A stretch of 64,000 nt of DNA. Origin: Candidatus Saccharimonadota bacterium. Its GTDB lineage: Bacteria > Patescibacteriota > Saccharimonadia > Saccharimonadales > AWTP1-31. The DNA is taken from positions 50,890-114,889 of the forward strand of contig RXKC01000003.1 of the NCBI GenBank assembly GCA_003962975.1, given 5' to 3'. Below the pieces are notes generated by a model. The model saw nothing but the letters and a program-made list of their open reading frames with translations. It did no database searches and was not told the DNA's origin. Every line of letters starts with the position of its first letter. Position 1 is the first letter of the stretch. Positions 38,219 to 46,329 of the stretch are shown piece by piece. Made by a program: the position numbers and the translations under genes.

Positions 38219-38377
38219 CAGATATAAATATGCTAAACTCAGTCAGACCCGACTCCTTATAAAGGGGTCCCCGCAAATGCTTGTCATTTGTGGGGTAAAG
38301 GAAGAAGCGACCAGAGCGTGTAGCATAATAAAGCTAAGTAGGTTTATTATGCGAAAGGCGACCGTCGGTTCTGACGT

Positions 38378-38454
38378 GCCGGTGTAGCTCAGTTGGTTAG
38401 AGCACAGGACTCATAAGCCTGGGGTCAGTGGTTCAAATCCACTCATCGGCACCA
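38378..38454 (+). tRNA. tRNA with CAU anticodon, elongator-Met-like (Ile2/lysidine identity not excluded), CCA encoded
   Basis: The cloverleaf folds by hand: acceptor GCCGGUG/CAUCGGC, D arm GCUC-AGUUGGUUA-GAGC, anticodon loop CUCAUAA, T arm AGUGG-UUCAAAU-CCACU. It closely resembles E. coli metT. The 31:39 pair is an A-G mismatch. Confidence 0.9.
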
Positions 38455-38455
38455 T

Positions 38456-38480
38456 AACTCTGCAGTTGCAGAGTTTTTTA
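38456..38480 (+). terminator. rho-independent terminator after tRNA-Met
   Basis: AACTCTGCA-GT-TGCAGAGTT followed by TTTTA. Confidence 0.7.
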
Positions 38481-38489
38481 TTTCAAGAA

Positions 38490-39215
38490 TTATTGACTGA
38501 TCGAGAAGTTAACCGCGCGCCACACACCACCAGATTCCTGCATGGCTAGCGAGCCACTATACGTCTTACCCTGAATAGTAATACTGAACCCAACCGTAGC
38601 TCGGGTTGCGTCTGTTTGCGCCCAGCTACCTTTGTTGACAGCTATGGTTGATCCGTCCGGAATTTGACTCAGTTGCGACTGGTCCATGGCCACATATGGA
38701 TTGTTCTTGGGACCAATCCGCTCTATTTCGAGCACTGAAGTACAAGCAGCCGCGGGCATGGCAGTATTGCCGCAAGCCGAGCCGCCGCCTCCAGTTGGTG
38801 CGGGCGGAGCAACTGGTGCTGCCGGCGCACCGCCTCCAGTACCGCCTCCTAAATCAGCTGAGCCACCACTATTGGCAGAGCCTGGGTCAACTCCTTGACC
38901 ACCCTGCCCATCGTTGACCGGAACTGATCCAGAAGTACCGGTATTACTTGTCTCGACGGGTGTAGCTTTGCTCTTCCAGGAAAAAATACCACTAAACTGG
39001 TTACTGAAATCTTCGAGACCAATATATTTACCACCCCAGGCAAAACCAACAAATACTGCTACGACTGCACCGACAATCATGAGGCGATTCATGACCTTGC
39101 TTCGAGTGAGCTGACGATTCAGCTGGACCGTATTGTATGACCGAATTTGATTTTGAGGCATAACGCGTAATTTACTCTTTAAAGCATACTGCTTGCGCTT
39201 ACTCTGGTCAAACAC
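38490..39215 (-). CDS. membrane-anchored Gly/Pro-rich extracytoplasmic protein, unknown function (start uncertain)
   Basis: TM helix LMIVGAVVAVFVGFAWGG, a G/P/A-rich linker, and a ~95-aa C-terminal domain with two Cys. Confidence 0.5.
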   Translation of the reverse strand: MFDQSKRKQYALKSKLRVMPQNQIRSYNTVQLNRQLTRSKVMNRLMIVGAVVAVFVGFAWGGKYIGLEDFSNQFSGIFSWKSKATPVETSNTGTSGSVPVNDGQGGQGVDPGSANSGGSADLGGGTGGGAPAAPVAPPAPTGGGGSACGNTAMPAAACTSVLEIERIGPKNNPYVAMDQSQLSQIPDGSTIAVNKGSWAQTDATRATVGFSITIQGKTYSGSLAMQESGGVWRAVNFSISQ

Positions 39216-39704
39216 CTAACAAAACAAAAACTCCCCTGGCCTGGAGAGTTTTTGTATTCTACTTGTTGTAGATAGTAAATTATTTGCGGTTATTATTAGC
39301 CTAGTAGATCGTCAAATTCCACAACATTCGTGTCATTTGATGGTATAAGCTCATATGCAAATAGTTGGCTTATTTTCATTGAATTATATCTACCCTTCTT
39401 TGTACTTATTTTTTTATATTTTGCTGTCAGTCGTTTTTGTTTTATGATCAATAAAACTACTACACATTATACATAAGCTTTATAATTTGTCAAGTATATT
39501 GCACTGTACAAGGGGTCAACAGATATTATCTGGTTGCGATCACCTGCACTTCGTGATTAAATAGCGCCAGCAGGTGCTTATCTGTTCGCCAGCACGTTCG
39601 AAAAGAAAGTCCAGAGTTATCCGGTACGATCTCCTTCGGTTAGACAGCAGCATTAGATAAGGTTAAAGGTCGTACCTAGCGGTAACATAAGGAAACAATT
39701 ACAT

Positions 39705-40016
39705 ATGTACAAGCTATTCGTAGGTGGTTTGCCATTCGCAACCACAGATGAAGAACTGAACGAACTGTTCAGTCAGCACGGCGCTGTAAGCTCTGCCGTG
39801 GTCGTCAAAGACCGCGACACAGGTCGCAGCAAAGGCTTTGGCTTTGTCGAGTTTGAAAACGACGACGAAGGTAAGGCAGCTGAAAAAGCTCTTCACAACT
39901 CTGACCTTGGTGGACGAACCATCACTGTCAACGAAGCCCGACCTAAAGAAGATCGACCTCGTCGAGACTTCGGCGGTAACGGCGGTGGCGGCTACGGCGG
40001 TCAAAAAAGCTGGTAA
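39705..40016 (+). CDS. RRM-type RNA-binding protein with Gly-rich tail
   Basis: RNP2 KLFVGGL, RNP1 KGFGFVEF, and C-terminal RPRRDFGGNGGGGYGG. Confidence 0.9.
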   Translation: MYKLFVGGLPFATTDEELNELFSQHGAVSSAVVVKDRDTGRSKGFGFVEFENDDEGKAAEKALHNSDLGGRTITVNEARPKEDRPRRDFGGNGGGGYGGQKSW

Positions 40017-40031
40017 TTTTACCCGTCTTTT

Positions 40032-40060
40032 AAAAAGAGCCCCCTGAGGGCTCTTTTTTT
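40032..40060. terminator. bidirectional rho-independent terminator between convergent genes
   Basis: AAAAA-AGAGCCC-CCTGA-GGGCTCT-TTTTTT; A-run and T-run flank a 7-bp GC-rich stem. Confidence 0.8.
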
Positions 40061-40409
40061 ATGAGTACGTTACCGTGTTGGTGGGTGGCTCGTCCTTCTT
40101 GTCTTGCTCTACTGGCTTGGAAGGCACTTTAATCTGACTCCAGTCGGGTGCTTTATTGTCTGCGGCAATAACCGCTTTATAGCGGAGGTAGCCAGCATAC
40201 ACCAATAAACCGAAAGCAGCTGGCATAGAGATAACTAAGATAATCGAGATAAACGGAATAAATAAGGCTATAGCTGTGATAGCTACCGCTCCCGCTAGAT
40301 ACATCAGCACCTTCTTCAGTTTCTGATCTATAGGAATAGACGGCGCATCGCCCGTGAACTGAATCGGGCTTTCTTTGAGGGTCTTATTGGGATCGTGAGA
40401 ATCTTGCAT
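40059..40409 (-). CDS. small membrane protein, unknown function
   Basis: 116 aa with two adjacent TM helices. Confidence 0.55.
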   Translation of the reverse strand: MQDSHDPNKTLKESPIQFTGDAPSIPIDQKLKKVLMYLAGAVAITAIALFIPFISIILVISMPAAFGLLVYAGYLRYKAVIAADNKAPDWSQIKVPSKPVEQDKKDEPPTNTVTYS

Positions 40410-40462
40410 ACGCTTATTCTATAGTACCACCCCCCAACTTAGTCAGAGCAAGCTCGAGTTGT

Positions 40463-40717
40463 TTAAGCTCGATGCGATACTGCCTTGTAAAGACCTAGTA
40501 ATACAACTGATCCTATGATGGCAATAAATAAGCTGCTTAGGTTGAACCCAGTGACTCCATTAGCGCCGAGTAGTCGGGCGCCAAATCCGCCAATCATGGC
40601 TCCGACGATCCCAACCACAATATTCATGAATGCGCCCTGCTCTTCGTTGGTGTTCATCAGCAGCGAAGCGATCCACCCAGCCAGTGCGCCAAAAATAATC
40701 CATGCTAAAATACCCAT
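40463..40717 (-). CDS. GlsB/YeaQ/YmgE-family stress membrane protein
   Basis: MGILAWIIFGALAGWIASLLM...IVVGIVGAMIGGFG is the family signature. An AAGGAG RBS is present. Confidence 0.85.
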   Translation of the reverse strand: MGILAWIIFGALAGWIASLLMNTNEEQGAFMNIVVGIVGAMIGGFGARLLGANGVTGFNLSSLFIAIIGSVVLLGLYKAVSHRA

Positions 40718-40735
40718 TTCTTCTCCTTTTAAGTT

Positions 40736-40954
40736 TTATAGAGCGTAGTGCAGCTGGATGCCACGAGTTCCCCGCACGCCATGGTTAGCATCGTGCTCAT
40801 ACACATCCTTCGCATAGGTGTGTAGTGGGCTAGCTACCACAGCCGAGTCGAGTTCACGAGTAAGCTTGTTAACTGGCTGTGCCAAGTCAGGGTACTGTCG
40901 CTGTTTGCGAGCTAGAAAACTATGTATCCTCTTATCCAACAATGCTTCTTTCAT
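40736..40954 (-). CDS. hypothetical small protein (72 aa)
   Basis: ORF with a strong GAGGAGG RBS 7 nt upstream; no recognisable motif. Confidence 0.5.
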   Translation of the reverse strand: MKEALLDKRIHSFLARKQRQYPDLAQPVNKLTRELDSAVVASPLHTYAKDVYEHDANHGVRGTRGIQLHYAL

Positions 40955-41092
40955 GGTAACCTCCTCGGTTGCTCATTTAATTGCACTATCAGCATATCCC
41001 GTCCTGCTGAGCATCTGCTGTAAAGAAACTTATGCATATCGTGTAATATTTTTAACAATAACCCTCTGTTATCTGAGAGTATACTGAAGTAA

Positions 41093-42856
41093 ATGCGTAA
41101 AAAACTGAAGTTAATTGGCAACCTTGCCACCCCCTCGCTTAAAACATATATTACCGCTGCCACTGTCGTCCTGCTGGCCTCACTACTAGTTTCTTTTTGG
41201 ACATGGAATAACGCTCGAACAAGTCTGAAACGAGACATAGCAACAACCTTGCAAGGTGGCACGGATGGGGCACGTGATATGGTAATCAGCAAAATAGGCA
41301 CGTATGCAGAAGTCTTAAATGGTGCTGCTGGATTGTTTAAAGCATTACCAACAGTTAATCAACAGGCTTGGACAAATTACGTATCACATTTAAATATTCA
41401 GAACCGTTATCCCGGCCTACAGGCAATTGTCTACAGCGAGGTAGTGCCAGACAATGAACGTGATGCATATATTGCTGGTCGTCAAACAGACCGACCAGGC
41501 TTTTCTATTCGGCCTGAAGGTCAGCGGGACGTATATGTACCAGTACGACTTATCGAACCGAACGTAGGTGAAAATGCTCAGGTTATCGGCTTTGACCCGT
41601 ATCAAGAACCTGCCCGGAAAAAAGCTATGGATCAGGCGCGTGATACTGGCGCCCTAAGTATTACCAGCCGACTAGTACTCGTTCCAGACCAAAATAACCC
41701 TAAAGCATCACCCGGCTTTATTATCTTTGTGCCCGTATATAGCAACAACGCACCGCTCGATACCGTCAATGAGCGTCGTGCTGCATTGATTGGTTTTGTA
41801 TCGGCAGGTGTACGTAGTTACGAGCTTATTGATGGCCTACTGGGTTCTGCTATTACCGAGAATTCTGCCGTGCAAGTATTCGACGGCACCAACCAAGATG
41901 CCAAGAATCTGATTTATGAATCTCCTACGCTTTCTAATTTACGTAAGCAACCAGGAATAATAAGTAGCAGCAGCGTCATCACCGTCGGCAGTAACCGTTG
42001 GACACTAGTCGGCTACGTTAATCAAAGTATCGCCTCAAAGGCACAACGTAACCAACCCCGGCTCTTTCTGATTGCCGGTATATTATTTAGTTTCATGATT
42101 GCCGGCGGACTATTATTTGTCATGATTACGCGCGCTCGACATATTGCGCACGAGAAAAACCGTGAAGTTCAAGAAGCCAAAGACAGCCTCATCTCACTTG
42201 CCTCACATCAGCTGCGTACTCCAGCAACTGGCGTCAAGCAGTTTATAGGCATGCTCATGGATGGATATGCCGGAGACGTCAGCAAAGAACAAAAACGCAT
42301 GCTACAAAAAGCCTACCAGAGCAACGAACGACAACTAGAGATTATCAACCAAATCCTCCATGTCACTCGCGCCGATTCTGGCCGACTGGTGCTGCGCAAA
42401 GAGCCGGTTGATCTACACAGCTTGATCCGCCGGGTTATCGACGAGCATGCCGGCAGTATAAAAGATCGTCAACAACGTGTTATCGTCAGCAAAGCGCGCG
42501 CCGGCTTATCCGTGCAGGCGGATCCGCAATACCTGACAATGGTGCTCGATAACTTACTCAGCAATGCCAGCAAGTACTCACACCCCCGCACTACCATTCG
42601 TATCACAACCAAACAATCTGGCGATACCATAACCATAGCCGTGTCTGACGCGGGCGTGGGCATCAGCGACGAAGATATGCCTCGGCTTTTCCAAAAATTC
42701 TCTCGTATCGACAACGAACTTTCCATCGAAGCCGGTGGCACAGGTATTGGTCTGTACTTGTGTGAACAAGTCATGACATTACACGATGGCAGCATTACCG
42801 TAAAATCAACAGAAGGAGAAGGCTCGACGTTTACTGTTTCTTTGCCGTCCAAGTAA
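41093..42856 (+). CDS. CHASE-domain sensor histidine kinase
   Basis: An N-terminal TM is followed by a periplasmic CHASE-like region (AWTNYV...YPGLQAIVYSE...YVPVRLIEP...IGFDPYQEPARKKAMDQARDTG). Then come a second TM, the H-box SHQLRTPAT, and the N/G1/G2 boxes. Confidence 0.9.
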   Translation: MRKKLKLIGNLATPSLKTYITAATVVLLASLLVSFWTWNNARTSLKRDIATTLQGGTDGARDMVISKIGTYAEVLNGAAGLFKALPTVNQQAWTNYVSHLNIQNRYPGLQAIVYSEVVPDNERDAYIAGRQTDRPGFSIRPEGQRDVYVPVRLIEPNVGENAQVIGFDPYQEPARKKAMDQARDTGALSITSRLVLVPDQNNPKASPGFIIFVPVYSNNAPLDTVNERRAALIGFVSAGVRSYELIDGLLGSAITENSAVQVFDGTNQDAKNLIYESPTLSNLRKQPGIISSSSVITVGSNRWTLVGYVNQSIASKAQRNQPRLFLIAGILFSFMIAGGLLFVMITRARHIAHEKNREVQEAKDSLISLASHQLRTPATGVKQFIGMLMDGYAGDVSKEQKRMLQKAYQSNERQLEIINQILHVTRADSGRLVLRKEPVDLHSLIRRVIDEHAGSIKDRQQRVIVSKARAGLSVQADPQYLTMVLDNLLSNASKYSHPRTTIRITTKQSGDTITIAVSDAGVGISDEDMPRLFQKFSRIDNELSIEAGGTGIGLYLCEQVMTLHDGSITVKSTEGEGSTFTVSLPSK

Positions 42857-42908
42857 TGTAATAATTATTACTTGAGCAGAACACAAATTTAGGGATACTA
42901 TAAAAACA

Positions 42909-43298
42909 ATGGCGCACATTCTGATTGTCGAAGACGAAACTAGCCTCAACGAGGCATACACTATTATTCTCAAAAAAGAAGGTTACAGCATTAGCAATGC
43001 GTTTAATGGCGTTCAGGCCCTAGAGGCTATCAAGCAGACTGAGCCCGATCTGATTCTGCTAGACTTGCGCATGCCGCAAATGGATGGAGTTGAGTTCTTA
43101 CGCAACCTTGCCCCCCTCGAGAACTATCCAGCTATGAAGATAATCGTATTTAGTAATTATGATGTGCAACAAGACATTGACGAAGCTTTTAAGCTTGGTG
43201 CTACTCACTACATGCTAAAAGCATGGGCCTCACCTCGAGAGCTTGTTAAAGTTGTTGCACAGACTCTGAAAGAAACAAGAAAAACCCGCGTTTCTTAA
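42909..43298 (+). CDS. single-domain response regulator (receiver only)
   Basis: ILIVEDE ... LILLDLRMPQMDG ... K at the KAW position. At 129 aa it has no output domain. Confidence 0.9.
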   Translation: MAHILIVEDETSLNEAYTIILKKEGYSISNAFNGVQALEAIKQTEPDLILLDLRMPQMDGVEFLRNLAPLENYPAMKIIVFSNYDVQQDIDEAFKLGATHYMLKAWASPRELVKVVAQTLKETRKTRVS

Positions 43299-43969
43299 AT
43301 TGTCAGGTCGCGTAGTTCGTCTTCGCCCAGTATTTGGCGCATCTTTTCGGCATTAAGAATGTAACGCTGATTTTGGTAGCTAATCACCTTCTGTGTACGC
43401 AACTTACCTAATTCAACTGCCGTAGTTTCCCTGGTCATGCCGATCATGCTGGCAAGATCTTGATGCGTCAGACGAATATCGACTTTAAAGGTGCCCGGAC
43501 GGATCTCTTTACCAAAGCGTAGCGACAACCACTGCAGAATACGCAGCAGCTTTTCTGCAGCCTTAGTTTGTTCAAGTGCTGAGATGTGCAGAGTTGCACC
43601 CACATATAGGTTTATATATCGGCGCAGCGTAAACTGTAACATCTCTTCATTACTATGAAGCATATCGAAGAGTAGTTGCCGTGGGATGGCGTATACCTCT
43701 GCGTCTGTGAAGGCGTCACAGTAATACAGCGAGACTGGCGATTTATCAAAGAGCCATTCCATTGGCAAAAAGCCATCGGTATCTGTAAAGGTAATAACTT
43801 TTTCTTCGCCGTTGGCGTTAATGTCATAGACCTTAATCATGCCACTTTTGACCACAAAAGCCGAACGCGGAACTTCACCTTGGTACAAAAGTGGCCAACC
43901 TTTTTTAAGCTTACGCGTTGGATATTTTTCAAAGAAACGTGTCAACTCTGCAGGTGTGGCGTTATCCAT
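43295..43969 (-). CDS. Crp/Fnr-family transcriptional regulator
   Basis: cNMP-binding beta-barrel N-terminus and a C-terminal HTH (LTHQDLASMIGMTRETTAVELGKL). Confidence 0.85.
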   Translation of the reverse strand: MDNATPAELTRFFEKYPTRKLKKGWPLLYQGEVPRSAFVVKSGMIKVYDINANGEEKVITFTDTDGFLPMEWLFDKSPVSLYYCDAFTDAEVYAIPRQLLFDMLHSNEEMLQFTLRRYINLYVGATLHISALEQTKAAEKLLRILQWLSLRFGKEIRPGTFKVDIRLTHQDLASMIGMTRETTAVELGKLRTQKVISYQNQRYILNAEKMRQILGEDELRDLTI

Positions 43970-44005
43970 GCATCTATTATACTTGCTGATGCTACTATAC
44001 CTACT

Positions 44006-44890
44006 ATGTCAGTCAGATTAATTCAGATGCCGAGCGAAGAAACCATGCTGGCGAGCGTTCGCCGACACTTCCCAGACATTGATTTACAGAACTACGTTAT
44101 TAACACAGATGGCTGGGACCATGCTGTTTTACTCGTCAACAACCAGTACGTGTTTCGCTTTCCGCTCGACGATGACTACCTCGAGCAACTCAGCCGGGAG
44201 ATTACGATCCTCAAGCAACTTTCACCACTTGTTTCTGTCGATATTCCTCAGTATGAATTTATCCCTGACAACAAACAGTTTGCTGGGTACCCGATGCTTC
44301 CCGGTCATCAATTGAAAAAAGCAGTACTCGATTCGTTGTCTGACCAAGAGCAAACCATTATTGCCAGTCAGCTAGCAGCGTTTTTGACCGAGCTACACAC
44401 TACCGTTGCTAATGGACACGCATTCCCTGGCCTGCCTGCATGGTTACTTCACCAAGATCAGCCCGAACTGGTCGAAAACGCCCAGAAGTTCTTGCCAAGC
44501 AAACTTACACCTACAGAATTAGAGCGGGTACAGAAGGTCTTGGGCACAACCGAGACCATGTTACGCAATCCCCCCACCCAAGCATTCATCCACAACGACC
44601 TATACAGCAGTCACATTTTGTGGGACTCAGCTCAACAAAAACTAGGCGTTATCGACTTTAGCGACATGTGCATGGGCGACCCAGCGGTGGACTTTAACGA
44701 GCTATTTGAATATGGGAAAGACTTTGTGGAAAAGGTCTACGAGCTGTACCAAGGACCAAAGGACAACACTTTTCTGCAAAGAGCCTGGCAGTACCAGCAG
44801 TGGACTGGAGTCTTTATGATGACCGACTACTTTATCAACGATAAACTCACGTGGGCCGAAGCTCGCGAACTGTTCGACAAAACGGTCTGA
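44006..44890 (+). CDS. aminoglycoside/choline-kinase-type phosphotransferase (APH family)
   Basis: Start at MSVRLIQ. Brenner motif FIHNDLYSSHILW and the DFG-equivalent VIDFSDMCMGDPAVDF. The longer ORF-track version runs antisense into crp. Confidence 0.8.
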   Translation: MSVRLIQMPSEETMLASVRRHFPDIDLQNYVINTDGWDHAVLLVNNQYVFRFPLDDDYLEQLSREITILKQLSPLVSVDIPQYEFIPDNKQFAGYPMLPGHQLKKAVLDSLSDQEQTIIASQLAAFLTELHTTVANGHAFPGLPAWLLHQDQPELVENAQKFLPSKLTPTELERVQKVLGTTETMLRNPPTQAFIHNDLYSSHILWDSAQQKLGVIDFSDMCMGDPAVDFNELFEYGKDFVEKVYELYQGPKDNTFLQRAWQYQQWTGVFMMTDYFINDKLTWAEARELFDKTV

Positions 44891-44915
44891 CGTTCTGGTC
44901 GTGCTTACAGCCGTA

Positions 44916-44944
44916 TTGACATATTCTTCCCTGTTCTGTACTAT
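44916..44944 (+). promoter_or_regulatory. sigma70-like promoter for tRNA-fMet (TTGACA-N17-TACTAT)
   Basis: TTGACA at 44916-44921, a 17-nt spacer, then TACTAT at 44939-44944. The tRNA starts 15 nt downstream. Confidence 0.5.
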
Positions 44945-44958
44945 ACAAGTTGCTTTAT

Positions 44959-45033
44959 CGCGGGGTAGAGCAGTGGCAGCTCGTGTGGCTCATAACCACA
45001 AGGTCGCAGGTTCGAGTCCTGCCCCCGCTACCA
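44959..45033 (+). tRNA. initiator-type tRNA-fMet (CAU), CCA encoded
   Basis: CGCGGGG...CCCCGCU-ACCA with an unpaired 1:72 (C-U). It is near-identical to E. coli tRNA-fMet in the acceptor, D and T arms. The anticodon stem carries two, not three, consecutive G-C pairs next to the loop. Confidence 0.9.
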
Positions 45034-45044
45034 TAAGCATAATC

Positions 45045-45076
45045 ACCTCTGCTATTTGTAGCAGAGGTTTTTGTTT
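45045..45076 (+). terminator. rho-independent terminator after tRNA-fMet
   Basis: ACCTCTGCTA-TTTG-TAGCAGAGGT followed by TTTTGTTT. Confidence 0.8.
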
Positions 45077-45127
45077 GCCCTGAAATTCTAAAGTGTAATT
45101 CGGTTCGAGACTTACTTGGTATTTACT

Positions 45128-45146
45128 TATACCCCCTGGGGGTATA
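45128..45146 (+). promoter_or_regulatory. CsoR/RcnR-family-type operator (perfect 19-bp palindrome)
   Basis: TATACCCCC-T-GGGGGTATA lies 11 nt upstream of the repressor ATG. Its architecture, a G/C tract flanked by AT-rich inverted repeats, matches known operators of this family. Confidence 0.6.
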
Positions 45147-45156
45147 TATTTAAGTT

Positions 45157-45441
45157 ATGATTAAAGATTTTAAAAAGCGAGCCAGTCATCGTTCTAAAAT
45201 TGTTCAAGGGCAGTTTAACGGCTTGCAAAAAATGATAGATAACGAAGCTTATTGCATGGATATTCTTACCCAAAGTCTAGCAATCCAGAAGTCGTTAGCA
45301 TCATTAAATAAGTTAGTACTTGAAAACCATTTAAGAACCCATGTCACAGAAATGCTAGCGGATGACGAAAAGGACACCCAAGACAAAGCAATAACTGAAC
45401 TTTTGAGTTTGTACGAATTGAATAATATAAGGGGGAAATAA
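45157..45441 (+). CDS. CsoR/RcnR-family metal- or stress-sensing repressor (x-C-H-H ligand pattern)
   Basis: AYCMDILTQSLAIQKSL ... ENHLRTHV aligns to RcnR HECAAVLQQ...KGHLTEHI. The third ligand position is His rather than the Cys of Cu-CsoR. Confidence 0.85.
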   Translation: MIKDFKKRASHRSKIVQGQFNGLQKMIDNEAYCMDILTQSLAIQKSLASLNKLVLENHLRTHVTEMLADDEKDTQDKAITELLSLYELNNIRGK

Positions 45442-45968
45442 TGCATAAAGATCATCCTCAAGAACACCAAGTCATAGTAAACGGTGAACATTCCCCAGTC
45501 GAAGTTGCTAAGTTTATTCTGATAATTTCAGCCATACTCGGCGCATCTTTAGCACTGACTAATAAATATGGCCCGATTAATTTTGAGGGTTGGTCACGCT
45601 GGTTTATGGGTGTATTCTTTGTAGTCTTCGCTAGCTTTAAGTTTGTCGGCTATAAAATGTTTTCCATGATGTTCGCAGGATATGACGTGATTGCTAAGCG
45701 TTCCATGCTTTACGCTCATTTGTATCCATTTATTGAACTAGCGTTAGGCCTAGCATACCTACTGAATATCGCACCCGTAGCCCGAGATGTTTCGGCATTA
45801 ATTATCATGTCTGTTAGCACTATTGGTGTTTACCAGGAAATAAAGAAAAGAAGTGGAATACACTGTGCTTGCTTAGGTAACGTAATTAAACTGCCATTAA
45901 GCACAGTAAGTCTTGTTGAAGATGTAAGCATGGGACTTATGGCTTTAATAATGCTGGCGAAAAGATAG
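45441..45968 (+). CDS. MauE/DoxX-like membrane protein with CxC motif
   Basis: 4-5 TM segments and SGIHCACLGNVIKLPLS. The start shares one nucleotide with the repressor stop (TAATG). Confidence 0.6.
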   Translation: MHKDHPQEHQVIVNGEHSPVEVAKFILIISAILGASLALTNKYGPINFEGWSRWFMGVFFVVFASFKFVGYKMFSMMFAGYDVIAKRSMLYAHLYPFIELALGLAYLLNIAPVARDVSALIIMSVSTIGVYQEIKKRSGIHCACLGNVIKLPLSTVSLVEDVSMGLMALIMLAKR

Positions 45969-45975
45969 GGGAAAT

Positions 45976-46329
45976 ATGGCTTTATATAACATAACGACTA
46001 GAAAAGAATTTGAAGAAAAAGTTCTTAAAAGTAAAAAAGTGGTTCTTGTGGACTTCTGGGCAGCTTGGTGCCCACCCTGCTTAGCGATGGCTCCAGTTCT
46101 ACATGATGTGGCTGAAGAAAACGATGATCTAATGGACGTGGTCAAAGTAGATATTGAAGATACAGATGAAAACCGTGCACTTGCTGACGAATTTGGCGTG
46201 CGCAGCATACCTAACATGCCTTTATTTCTACAAGGCAAAGAAGTTGAGAGGATAGTGGGATTAATGTCAAAGGGTAATGTAGTTGGCATGGCTAACTACG
46301 TTCTAAAAAATAGTCAAAAGCAATCTTAA
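45976..46329 (+). CDS. trxA: thioredoxin
   Basis: VDFWAAWCPPCLAMAP active site and IPNMPLF cis-Pro region. Confidence 0.9.
   Translation: MALYNITTRKEFEEKVLKSKKVVLVDFWAAWCPPCLAMAPVLHDVAEENDDLMDVVKVDIEDTDENRALADEFGVRSIPNMPLFLQGKEVERIVGLMSKGNVVGMANYVLKNSQKQS

Noticed and set aside
39228-39268. A-run / imperfect hairpin / T-run (AAAAACTCCCCTGG-CCTGGAGAGTTTTT) that looks like a bidirectional terminator.
   Set aside because: The stem has two mismatches, and no gene ends toward it on either strand because it lies upstream of both divergent neighbours. It may be part of the AT-rich gap architecture, so it is not called.
39595-39695. RNase P RNA-like islands (AGAAAGUCCAGAG; AUAAGGUUAAAGG...GCGGUAACA).
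   Set aside because: Only ~100 nt are available before a bona fide CDS. There is no P4 3' strand (ACAGAA..GGCUUA) and no P1-P3 helices. This is too short for rnpB, so I treat it as a chance resemblance within a leader.
43676-44005. 110-codon N-terminal extension of the APH-family ORF.
   Set aside because: It runs antisense through the crp-family gene. The kinase-fold homology starts at MSVRLIQ (44006).
44901-45083. 60-aa ORF in the track.
   Set aside because: It is fully occupied by the tRNA-fMet gene, its promoter and its terminator.
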